From Gaiellales bacterium (lineage in GTDB: Bacteria; Actinomycetota; Thermoleophilia; Gaiellales; JAICJC01), in NCBI GenBank assembly GCA_045806525.1, contig JBJMJD010000009.1, forward strand, positions 6,626-70,625: 64,000 nt of DNA. Direction: 5' to 3'. The position numbers and the translations under genes were made by a program. This document shows positions 18,933-27,431 of the stretch, one piece after another. The notes under the pieces are model-generated. The model was given only the letters and a program-made list of their open reading frames with translations. It searched no databases and had not been told where the DNA came from. Every line of letters starts with the position of its first letter. The stretch's first letter is position 1.

Positions 18933-18952
18933 TGTCAGTAAGGTTTCCTAAC
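18933..18952 (+). promoter_or_regulatory. Shared cis element copy 2 (TGTCAG-N5-TTTCCTAAC)
   Basis: TGTCAGTAAGGTTTCCTAAC lies in the divergent region between the DegT-type gene and the ROK gene. It ends 12 nt before the GGAAGGAG Shine-Dalgarno at 18964-18971. Confidence 0.4.
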
Positions 18953-19046
18953 TATATGCTTCCGGAAGGAGCACAGCACGGCAACGGAACCGATCAGTTT
19001 CGCCGCGGGCCAGCCCCGTCTCCTGCGAGCCATCAACGAGCGTAGC

Positions 19047-20183
19047 GTGCTCGAGCTGATCCGGCGCACCGGCGCCACCTCGCGCGCCCAGATCGCCCGC
19101 GCCAGCGGCCTCTCCAAGCCGACCGTCTCGCTCGCGCTGGGCGGACTGGTGGACGCCGGCCTCGTGCACGAGGTCGGCCGCGCCACCGGCGGCAAGGGGC
19201 CCAGCGCCGTGCTCTATGAGCTCAACCCGGAGTCCGGATGGGTGGTCGGCATCGACGTCGGCGCCCACTGGGTGAGGGTGGCGCTGGCCGACATCACGGG
19301 AGCCATCGTCGCCCGCCGCGACGAGCGTGCGCGCTCGCGCAGCTCCGGCGCGCTGGTCGCTCAGATCGGCGAGATCGCACACGGCGTGGCCAGCCAGGGC
19401 GACCTGCGCTGGCGCCAGGTGACGCACGCTACGGTCGGGAGCTCCGGCGTGCTCGATCCATCCCGTGGCCTGCTGGCCCACGCCCCCAACCTGCCCGGCT
19501 GGGGTCGCCAGGGCCTGGTCGGGGCCATCCGCGCCGAGCTTGGCACCGCCGTCAGCTTCGAGAACGACGTCAACCTTGCCGCCCTCGGCGAGCGCGCGCA
19601 CGGCGCCGGCCGCGACGTCGGCACGTTCGTGTTCCTGTGGGTCGGGACCGGCGTGGGCATGGGCATCGTCATCGACGGCGAGCTCTACCGCGGCGCCGGC
19701 GGCGCCGCCGGCGAGATCGGCTACAAGCCGGTCGGAACCGGCGACCCCGGTGACGCCGGCTTCCGCCGCCGCGGCATGCTCGAGGAGCAGACCGGCGCCT
19801 CGGCCGTGATGCGCGACGCTCGCTCGGCCGGCCTGCGGCCGGCCCGCTCGCCGAAGTCGGTGTTCGCGGCGGCCGCCCGCGGCAGCGCCGACGCCGCGGC
19901 CGTCGTCCGCCGCGAGGCCGACCGCGTCGCGCTGGCGATCGCCGCCGTCGCACCCGTGCTCGACCCGGAGCTGGTGATCCTGGGCGGAGGCATCGGCAGC
20001 AACTCCGACCTGCTGGCGCCCGTCGACGCCCGCCTGCGCGAGATCTCCCCGTTCCGCCTGCGCCTCGCCACCACCCAGCTGGGCGCCGACGCCGTCCTGC
20101 ACGGCGCCGTCAGCACCGCACTGCAGGCGGCGCAGGAGCAGCTGTTCACCCGCAAACCCCTCTCCCGAATCGCCGTCATATGA
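19047..20183 (+). CDS. ROK-family transcriptional regulator
   Basis: 378 aa from the first canonical start (GTG 19047). HTH LIRRTGATSRAQIARASGLSKPTVSLALGGL, then a ROK sugar-kinase-like fold (GIDVGAHW). Conserved-looking N-terminal residues (RLLRAINERS) lie upstream of any ATG/GTG/TTG, so the true start is probably near 18978; see findings. Confidence 0.8.
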   Translation: MLELIRRTGATSRAQIARASGLSKPTVSLALGGLVDAGLVHEVGRATGGKGPSAVLYELNPESGWVVGIDVGAHWVRVALADITGAIVARRDERARSRSSGALVAQIGEIAHGVASQGDLRWRQVTHATVGSSGVLDPSRGLLAHAPNLPGWGRQGLVGAIRAELGTAVSFENDVNLAALGERAHGAGRDVGTFVFLWVGTGVGMGIVIDGELYRGAGGAAGEIGYKPVGTGDPGDAGFRRRGMLEEQTGASAVMRDARSAGLRPARSPKSVFAAAARGSADAAAVVRREADRVALAIAAVAPVLDPELVILGGGIGSNSDLLAPVDARLREISPFRLRLATTQLGADAVLHGAVSTALQAAQEQLFTRKPLSRIAVI

Positions 20184-20206
20184 TGAAAGGTCAGGAGGCC
20201 ACACCG

Positions 20207-21574
20207 ATGAGACGAATGCGATTGCTCGCCCTGAGCTCGCTGGCCATGCTGGTCGTTGCAGCAGGCTGCGGCGGGGGAAGCTCCAGCTCCAGCAGCTCGG
20301 GCGGCCCCGCCACCACGCTCGACAAGACGCCGGTCACGATCACCATGTGGGATCTGTGGAGCGGTGAGGAGGGTAAGCCCTTCAACGACGCCCTCAAGGG
20401 CTTCACCAAGAAGTACCCGTGGATCACGGTCAAGCAGGTCGTGCAGCCGAACACACCCAACGACACGTTCGACCCGAACCTGGTCAACGCCATCAACGGC
20501 GGCAACGCGCCCGACGTGGCGATGCCGTTCGGCCCTGACTACATCGGTCAGTACTGCTCCACCGGCCTCTGGCAGGACCTGACGCCGTACATGCAGGCCG
20601 ACAACCTCAACATCGACGACTTCGCTCCCGGCGCGATCACCTACACCAACTCCGGCGGCAAGCAGTGCGCGCTGCCGTCGTTGACCGACGCCTACGGCCT
20701 CTACTACAACACCAAGCTGCTTCAGCAGGCCGGCATCGCCGAGCCGCCCAAGACCATGGACGAGCTGATGGCCGACGCCAAGAAGCTGACCGTGCGCAAC
20801 TCGGACGGAAGCATCAAGGTGGCCGGGTTCGTGCCGCTCAACCAGTGGGAGGAGCTGGGGCCGGGCGACCTCAGCAACGCCTGGGGCGCCAAGTGGTTCG
20901 ACAGCTCGAACAAGGCCGTCCTCGGCACCGATCCCGGCTGGGCTGCCGCGCTCCGCTGGCAGAAGCAGCTGATCGACTGGTACGGCTACGACAACATCAC
21001 CAAGTTCTTCGCCGCCAACACCAACAACGAGTTCAACACCAGCAATGCGTTCCAGAAGGGCAACGTGGCCATGACGTTCGACGGTGAGTGGCGCACGGCG
21101 TTCATCAAGCGCGGCGCCCCCAAGCTCCAGTACGGCACCGCGCCGTTCCCGGCCGATGCCGCCCACCCCGACCAGTACGGCTCCTCACGGGTCGGCGGCA
21201 CCATCGTCGGCATCCCCAAGGGCGCCAAGCATCCCGACCAGGCATGGCTGCTGGTCAAGTACCTGGCATCCGACACCAACTACCTGGTGCAGATGGCAAA
21301 CGCGGTCGGAAACGTGCCCACCACCAAGGCTGCGGTCGCGTCTCCCGACCTGACGCTGCCGCCGCAGTTCAAGACATTCCTGCAGGCCTGGGTCAACCCG
21401 AAGTCGGCGTTCGCACCGCCGTTGCAGGCTGCGGGAGGCGGATACGCCGACCTGCTCGACACGTTCGAGGACAAGTGGCAGGCCGGCAAGATCCCCGACT
21501 CGCAGCTCGAGTCACAGCTGAACACGCTTGACCAGAACATCGACAACCAGCTGACCCAGGGGACGGCCCCGTAG
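20207..21574 (+). CDS. ABC transporter extracellular solute-binding lipoprotein (family 1, sugar)
   Basis: ATG at 20207 lies 8 nt after AGGAGG. Lipobox MRRMRLLALSSLAMLVVAAGCGGGSSSSSSS. Confidence 0.85.
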   Translation: MRRMRLLALSSLAMLVVAAGCGGGSSSSSSSGGPATTLDKTPVTITMWDLWSGEEGKPFNDALKGFTKKYPWITVKQVVQPNTPNDTFDPNLVNAINGGNAPDVAMPFGPDYIGQYCSTGLWQDLTPYMQADNLNIDDFAPGAITYTNSGGKQCALPSLTDAYGLYYNTKLLQQAGIAEPPKTMDELMADAKKLTVRNSDGSIKVAGFVPLNQWEELGPGDLSNAWGAKWFDSSNKAVLGTDPGWAAALRWQKQLIDWYGYDNITKFFAANTNNEFNTSNAFQKGNVAMTFDGEWRTAFIKRGAPKLQYGTAPFPADAAHPDQYGSSRVGGTIVGIPKGAKHPDQAWLLVKYLASDTNYLVQMANAVGNVPTTKAAVASPDLTLPPQFKTFLQAWVNPKSAFAPPLQAAGGGYADLLDTFEDKWQAGKIPDSQLESQLNTLDQNIDNQLTQGTAP

Positions 21575-21669
21575 CGCTGGCCGCCCCCAGCACGGCGCCC
21601 TACACGCGGCGCACGCCGGCCGAACGCCGGCGTGCGCGGCGTAGGGCGTCGCTGCGCAAGTACCTGACG

Positions 21670-22575
21670 GTGCTGCTATTGCTGTCGCCGTGGATCATCG
21701 GCTTCGTCGCGTTCACGATGGGGCCGATGGTGCTGAGCTTCTACTACTCGTTCACGCACTACGACCTGCTGACCTCGCCGCACTGGATCGGGCTGGACAA
21801 CTACCGGTTCATGTTCGGCAAGCTGACGCTGAACGGTCAGCCCGACCAGGGTGACCCCTTCTTCTGGACGTCGGTCAAGAACACGCTGTGGATCATCGTC
21901 TTCGGCGTGCCGCTGCGGATCTTCTTCGGCATCATCACGGCCATGCTGCTGACCCGCCCCAAGCGCGGCGTCAACGGCTACCGGACGCTGTTCTTCATGC
22001 CGTCGATGGCGCCCACCGTCGGCGCCTCGCTGGTGTTCGTCTACCTGTTCAACCCCGCCACCGGCCCGATCAACCAGTTCCTCGGCCATCTCAGCCTCAA
22101 CCAGCCGCTCTGGTTCTTCGATCCGCGGTGGGCGAAGCCCGCGCTGCTGATCCTGGGGCTGTGGGGGATCGGCGATGCGATCGTGCTGTACCTGGCCGGC
22201 CTCCTGAACGTCCCGCGCGACCTGTACGAGGCGATCGCGATCGAAGGCGCCAACGCCTGGCAGCGGTTCCGCTACGTGACGCTGCCGATGCTGACGCCGG
22301 TGATCTTCTTCACGCTGATCATCGGGATCATCGACGGCTTCCAGTACTTCGATCAGGCATACGTCAGCTCCACGACCGCCGGTGGCGGCGTTGGCTCGCC
22401 CGACAACTCGCTCCTGTTCTACTCGGTCTGGCTCTACGAACAGGCCTTCAGCTACTTCCACATGGGCTACGCCTCGGCCATGGCGTGGGTGATGTTCGTC
22501 GCGACGATGGTGCTGACGGCCGTGCTGCTTCTGACCTCACGGCGCTGGGTGCACTACGGCGGGGGTCTGTCATAG
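21670..22575 (+). CDS. Carbohydrate ABC transporter permease (MalF/UgpA type)
   Basis: 301 aa from GTG 21670. Carries the EAA-loop region AIAIEGANAWQRFRYVTLPML. The Arg-rich cytoplasmic N-terminus expected for this family is encoded in frame upstream without a canonical start; see findings. Confidence 0.8.
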   Translation: MLLLLSPWIIGFVAFTMGPMVLSFYYSFTHYDLLTSPHWIGLDNYRFMFGKLTLNGQPDQGDPFFWTSVKNTLWIIVFGVPLRIFFGIITAMLLTRPKRGVNGYRTLFFMPSMAPTVGASLVFVYLFNPATGPINQFLGHLSLNQPLWFFDPRWAKPALLILGLWGIGDAIVLYLAGLLNVPRDLYEAIAIEGANAWQRFRYVTLPMLTPVIFFTLIIGIIDGFQYFDQAYVSSTTAGGGVGSPDNSLLFYSVWLYEQAFSYFHMGYASAMAWVMFVATMVLTAVLLLTSRRWVHYGGGLS

Positions 22576-22634
22576 CCCAGGTCGCCCAGCCCCGCTCTGG
22601 CATCCCGGTCGCCACCAGACGGCGCCCCGCGGCC

Positions 22635-23483
22635 GTGCGCAGGCGCCGGTTTCTGATGATGGTGGCCAACCACTGCGTGCTGATCGCCGTCTCCTGCGCC
22701 TTCCTGTTCCCGGTCGTCTACATGTTCTTCACCGCTCTGCAGAGCGACAACCAGGCGCTGACCGGGTCGCTGTGGCCAAACCCGTTCGTCTGGTCGAACT
22801 TCAGCACCGTGTTCCACGACATCAACGTCGGCCGGTATGCCTGGAACACGTTCCTGTACGCCGGGCTCTCGACCGTCGGCGTCGTCTGCAGCTGCGTGCC
22901 GGTTGCGTACGCCTTCGCCCGGATCGACTGGCGTGGCCGCAACATCGTGTTCCTGCTCGTGCTCTCGACGCTGATGTTGCCCAACCAGGTGACGTCCATC
23001 CCGCTCTACATCCTGTGGGCCAAGCAGTTCCACGAGTGGACCGGGATTCAGTTCATCGGAACGCTCAAGCCCCTGATCATCCCCAGCTTCTTCGGCGACG
23101 CCTTCTCGATCTTCCTGCTCCGCCAGTTCTTCATGACCATCCCCAAGGAGCTGTCGGAGGCGATGCGGGTGGACGGCGCCAACGAGCTGCAGATCCTGTG
23201 GAAGGTGATCGTGCCGCTGGCCAAGCCGGCGATCGTCGCCGTTGCCCTGTTCAACTTCATCTACGCCTGGAACGACTTCTACGGGCCGTTGGTGTATCTG
23301 GCGCAGAGCCCTGACTCGCAGACGCTGTCCGTGGCGCTGTCGGCCTTCCGCGGCATCCACCACGTCGACTGGAACCTGACGATGGCCGCGGCCCTGATCT
23401 TCATGCTGCCCGTGATCGTGATCTTCTTCCTGGCCCAGCGCGTCTTCATCGAAGGGATCACGCTGACCGGCGTCAAAGGGTAG
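22635..23483 (+). CDS. Carbohydrate ABC transporter permease (MalG/UgpE type)
   Basis: GTG at 22635 (an alternative ATG is at 22656). Product VRRRRFLMMVANHCVLIAVS... EAA loop EAMRVDGANELQILWKVIVPLAKP. Confidence 0.8.
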   Translation: MRRRRFLMMVANHCVLIAVSCAFLFPVVYMFFTALQSDNQALTGSLWPNPFVWSNFSTVFHDINVGRYAWNTFLYAGLSTVGVVCSCVPVAYAFARIDWRGRNIVFLLVLSTLMLPNQVTSIPLYILWAKQFHEWTGIQFIGTLKPLIIPSFFGDAFSIFLLRQFFMTIPKELSEAMRVDGANELQILWKVIVPLAKPAIVAVALFNFIYAWNDFYGPLVYLAQSPDSQTLSVALSAFRGIHHVDWNLTMAAALIFMLPVIVIFFLAQRVFIEGITLTGVKG

Positions 23484-23492
23484 GTTGCCCCG

Positions 23493-24431
23493 GTGCGCAT
23501 CGCCCTGTTCGGCTCCGGTTGGATCATGGACTTCCACGCCCGTGGCGTGCTGGAGCACCCAGGCGGCGAGCTGGTGGCGGCCGCGAACTGGCGCGAGGCA
23601 TCGCTGCGATCGCTGGCCCAGCGGCACAGCATCCCTCGCGTCACCACAGACTGGCGGGAGCTGGCCGCCGATCCCGAGGTCGAAGCCGTGATCATCGGCA
23701 CGCCCAACGCCCTGCACGCTCCGCAGGCGATCGCCTGCCTGGAGGCCGGCAAGCACGTGCTGGTGGAGAAGCCGATGGCCCGGACGCTGGCCGAGGCCGA
23801 GGCCATGAACAGGGCCGCCGCCGCGTCCGGCAGGCGGCTGATGGTGGCACATTGCTGGCGCTTCCACGACGACGTGCGCGCGCTGCGGGTGCGGATCGCG
23901 AGCGGCGAACTGGGCGAGATCACCAAGACCCGCGGCTACGGCGTGCACGCGGGCTGGGGCCCGTCGGGATGGTTCACGGATCCCGAGCTGGCCGGCGGTG
24001 GAGCGCTGCTGGACCTGGGCGTCCACGCCATCGACACGGTGCGGTTCCTGCTGGGCGACCCCGCCCTGGACAACGTCTGCGCCCGCATCGCCACCCGCTA
24101 CGGCGACTACGCGGTGGACGACGACGGGCTGCTCCTGATCGGTTGGGCGAACGGCACCAGCTCGCTGGTCGAATCGGGATGGTGGCACCCTCATCTCGCC
24201 GGCCTGGAGGCCGATACGGAGGTGTATGGCACCGGCGGATACGCACGCGTATGGCAGTTCACCGAGGGGCCCGAGGGCTACGAGCACTGCGCGCAGCCGA
24301 TGTACAGCGCCCAGGTGGCGGAGTTCATCGACGCGCTGGTGGAGGGCCGGCAGCCGCGGCCCAGCGGTGAGGACGGAGCGGTGGTGATGGACGCGGTCGA
24401 GCGCGCGTACCGATCGGCGGGGATCCGATGA
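23493..24431 (+). CDS. Gfo/Idh/MocA-family NAD(P)-dependent oxidoreductase
   Basis: 312 aa. Rossmann start RIALFGSGWIM, then VIIGTPNALHAPQAIACLEAGKHVLVEKPMA. Confidence 0.85.
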   Translation: MRIALFGSGWIMDFHARGVLEHPGGELVAAANWREASLRSLAQRHSIPRVTTDWRELAADPEVEAVIIGTPNALHAPQAIACLEAGKHVLVEKPMARTLAEAEAMNRAAAASGRRLMVAHCWRFHDDVRALRVRIASGELGEITKTRGYGVHAGWGPSGWFTDPELAGGGALLDLGVHAIDTVRFLLGDPALDNVCARIATRYGDYAVDDDGLLLIGWANGTSSLVESGWWHPHLAGLEADTEVYGTGGYARVWQFTEGPEGYEHCAQPMYSAQVAEFIDALVEGRQPRPSGEDGAVVMDAVERAYRSAGIR

Positions 24432-25390
24432 CGGCCGTCCTCGGTGTCGACGGCGGCGGCTCCAAGACGCACGCCGCGATCTGTGACGAGAACGGCACGC
24501 TGATCGGCGCCGGCACCGCCGGCCCCAGCAACTGGGAGACGGTGGGGCTGCGGGGCGCGTCGGACAGCATCGGCGACGCGATCGAGCGCGCGATGGACGG
24601 CACCGGCCTGCGCCGGTCGGCCCTGGAGGCGGCCGTGTTCGGCCTCGCCGGCGTCGACTGGCCGTCGGACGTACCACGGCTGGAGGCGGCGTTCGAGGCG
24701 CTCCGGCTGGACATCCCGCCGACCATCCTGAACGACTCCTTCATCGCGCTTCGGGCAGGTGTGCGGGCCCCCTGGGGGGTGGTGGTGATCGCCGGCACGG
24801 GCACCGTTGCCGCGGGGCGCAACAGCGCCGGCGAGACGTACCGCACGCTCGGGCTGGGCAGGCTGCTGGGCGACGAGGGCAGCGCCTCCGACGTCGGCGA
24901 GGCGGCCTTGCGCGCGGTTGCCAGGGCGTACGTCGGGCGCGGGCCGGCCACGTCCCTGAGCGAGGGACTGTGCGAGCTGATGGGCGCCGCCACCGTCGCC
25001 CAGCTGCTGGAGGAGTACAGCCGTGGCGGCGAGCGCGAGTCGAACGCGGCGCCGCTGGTGCTGCGCCACGCCGAGCGCGGGGACGAGGTCGCGACCGACA
25101 TCGTGGAGTGGGCGGGCGCACAGCTGGGCGAGGCGGCGCGAGTGGTCGCATCCAGGCTGGCGATGGATGACGAGCCGTTCGAGCTGGTGATGAGCGGCGG
25201 GCTGTTCCACGGCCGCAGCGAGCGGCTCGAGCAGCGCATCGCGGCCGAGGTGCCGAGCGCGCTTCTGACCAGGCTGGAGGCGCCACCGGTGGTGGGTGCG
25301 GTGCTGATGGCGCTCGAGCAGCGCGGCAGCCGCCCGACGGCGGAGGTGCACGATCGCATCGGCGGCAGCCTGGTGACGGCGTTCCGATAG
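24428..25390 (+). CDS. BadF/BadG/BcrA/BcrD-type ATPase (second N-acetylglucosamine-kinase-like kinase)
   Basis: 320 aa. Motifs VLGVDGGGSKTHAAI and VVIAGTGTVAAG. Its start overlaps the upstream stop (ATGA). Confidence 0.75.
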   Translation: MTAVLGVDGGGSKTHAAICDENGTLIGAGTAGPSNWETVGLRGASDSIGDAIERAMDGTGLRRSALEAAVFGLAGVDWPSDVPRLEAAFEALRLDIPPTILNDSFIALRAGVRAPWGVVVIAGTGTVAAGRNSAGETYRTLGLGRLLGDEGSASDVGEAALRAVARAYVGRGPATSLSEGLCELMGAATVAQLLEEYSRGGERESNAAPLVLRHAERGDEVATDIVEWAGAQLGEAARVVASRLAMDDEPFELVMSGGLFHGRSERLEQRIAAEVPSALLTRLEAPPVVGAVLMALEQRGSRPTAEVHDRIGGSLVTAFR

Positions 25391-25400
25391 CGGTGCCTGC

Positions 25401-26225
25401 ATGGCGGTAGCGCTGGCGCTGATCGCCTCGCTGTGCTGGGGCGTGGCCGACTTCATGGGCGGGTCACTCAGCCGCCGGCATCCGCTGGTGGTGGTGGTGC
25501 TGGTCAGCCAGGCCGTGGGCCTGGCGGGTGTGGTGGTCGCGGCCGCGGTTCGCAGCGGAGGCTACGACACGGGTGCCGCGCTGCCGGGTGTCCTGGCCGG
25601 CCTGGCCGGTGTGGTGGCGGTCTCGTCGTTCTACCGCTCCATGACGCTGGGCGCGATCAGCGTGGCGGCGCCGATCCTCGCCACCAGCGCGGTGGTGCCG
25701 GTCGTGGTGGGGCTGGCCACCGGCGAGCGGCCGAGTGCCGTGCAGCTGGCCGGCATCGGCGCCGCCCTGGCCGGGGTCGCCCTGGTGTCACGCGAGCCGT
25801 CGGCGGGGGGAGGCACCGTCCGCGGTGCCGGCGTGACGCTCGCCCTGGTGGCGGCGCTGGGCCTGGGGCTGCAGCTGGTCGCGCTCGATCACGCCGCCCG
25901 CGCCGATCCGCTGTGGGGCGTTGCCACCGCGCGTCTCACCTCCGTCACCGCATTCGCCGTGGCCGCCCTCGTTGTGCGACCGGCGTTCACGCGCGCGGCG
26001 CTGCCCGCCCTCGTGGTGGTGGGCTTGCTGGATGTCACCGCCAACGCGGGGTTCGCGGTGGCCACGACCCACGGCTACCTCAGCATCGTGGCCGTGCTGG
26101 GGTCACTGTTTCCCCTGGTCACGGTCGCGCTGGCGCACGTGCGGCTGCAAGAGCGCCTCAGCAGCGGTCAGCGGGCCGGCGTCGGCCTGGCGCTGGCTGG
26201 GGTGGTCGCGATCGCCGGCGGGTGA
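25401..26225 (+). CDS. EamA/DMT-family transporter
   Basis: 274 aa, about 10 TM helices, with the two-repeat hydrophobic architecture typical of DMT transporters. Confidence 0.7.
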   Translation: MAVALALIASLCWGVADFMGGSLSRRHPLVVVVLVSQAVGLAGVVVAAAVRSGGYDTGAALPGVLAGLAGVVAVSSFYRSMTLGAISVAAPILATSAVVPVVVGLATGERPSAVQLAGIGAALAGVALVSREPSAGGGTVRGAGVTLALVAALGLGLQLVALDHAARADPLWGVATARLTSVTAFAVAALVVRPAFTRAALPALVVVGLLDVTANAGFAVATTHGYLSIVAVLGSLFPLVTVALAHVRLQERLSSGQRAGVGLALAGVVAIAGG

Positions 26226-26234
26226 TGACCAACC

Positions 26235-27305
26235 CTAGGGGAATAGGTGCCGCAGTGGTTCGACCGCGCCCTTGTTCTGCGCGCCGCCCTTCGGGCCGCG
26301 CATCATCAGCACCACGGTTGCGATCATCGCCAGCACCAGCATCAGCAGCGCTGCCGCCACGAACAGGTGCCAGCCGTAGTGCTGGACTACACGGACCACG
26401 GTTACGGGCGGCACCAGCGCTGCGGCGTCGACGTGGCGAGCCCTGCACAGCGCGCTGGGGTTCGCCGGCTTGCCGAGGAAGCGGTTGACCGTCGCCCGTT
26501 GCTCGGAGATCTGCGTGTGCCGCGGCACCTGGCACCGGAGTGCCGCACCGCCTCGCTGGCGCAGCTCGACCAGCCCCACGACGTCGGCCGCGGTCAGATC
26601 GGTCGAGGCCGAGTCGGCGAGCACACCGCCCATCGTCTGCATCCGCTCAAAGCCTGCCGGCGCCAGCACCTTGTGCACGATCCCCGCAAGCACCGCATCG
26701 CTGGCTGTCTCGAGCTGCTCGCGGGTGGTCGCCGCGTCCACGTAGGCCTGGGCCCGATCACCGTCCAGGTTCAGCTTGCCCCTGCCGAAGCGCAGCTCGC
26801 GGCCGTCTGGGGTCAGTGCCACGAACGTGGCCTTGTTCTCGACGGTGATGCCACCCAGACCGTCGACCAGAGGGCCGACACGAGCCGGGTCGATCAGGGC
26901 CACGTGGTCGACCCTGATGCCTTCCGCTCGGAGCGCTCCGATCGCTTGCCGGGTGTTCAGGTCGTCGAGCGGCGAGCTGTTCACCTGGGTGCTTGGGGGC
27001 AGTGTCAGGAAGGCGGCCAGGTTCTGGTCGGGAACGGTCGAGAACAGCACCGCCGCACCGGCGGAGATCCCGGAGCTGTAGCGCACCAGCGTCACCTGCG
27101 GATGGTCGAGGATGCCGGCGTCGGCCGGCAGCGCCGCGCGTACGGGCGCGGGCAGCCGCGCCTGCGACTTCGAGATATCGCCCGACACGCCCCGCAGCTG
27201 ATAGGCCACCCAGCCGAGCACCACTGCGGCCATGCAGAGCCCGACCACGAGCAGCACCCCCGACACCTGTATCAGCCTTACGAGCAGACGGTCGCGCGCC
27301 TCCAT
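26235..27305 (-). CDS. LytR/CpsA/Psr (LCP)-like membrane-anchored protein
   Basis: ATG at 27305 is preceded by GGGGGGAG. N-terminal TM helix. Core VDHVALIDPARVGPLVDGLGGITVEN...LDGDRAQAYV resembles the LCP domain. There is an extra C-terminal TM helix. Confidence 0.5.
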   Translation of the reverse strand: MEARDRLLVRLIQVSGVLLVVGLCMAAVVLGWVAYQLRGVSGDISKSQARLPAPVRAALPADAGILDHPQVTLVRYSSGISAGAAVLFSTVPDQNLAAFLTLPPSTQVNSSPLDDLNTRQAIGALRAEGIRVDHVALIDPARVGPLVDGLGGITVENKATFVALTPDGRELRFGRGKLNLDGDRAQAYVDAATTREQLETASDAVLAGIVHKVLAPAGFERMQTMGGVLADSASTDLTAADVVGLVELRQRGGAALRCQVPRHTQISEQRATVNRFLGKPANPSALCRARHVDAAALVPPVTVVRVVQHYGWHLFVAAALLMLVLAMIATVVLMMRGPKGGAQNKGAVEPLRHLFP

Positions 27306-27431
27306 GCAGACTCCCCCCAGAGCCTCGAAACAGAGCCGTGGCTGGGTGTCCACAGACCCACCCCAGCCACACACCGTGCACAGTACCGCGATTCGTGGTC
27401 GTGTCAATAGCCACGCCTGGCTGGCGCGATC

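Noticed and set aside
22554-24677. Long antisense ORFs, e.g. 22554..24677 (707 aa), 7519..9168, 2962..4500, 19721..21166, 28229..29956, 58366..60363, 43118..44395, 104..1000 and 304..1068
   Set aside because: All lie opposite to, or out of frame with, genes that have clear family motifs. Their translations are dominated by Arg, Pro, Gly and Ala with no recognisable domains. They are GC-driven shadow ORFs.
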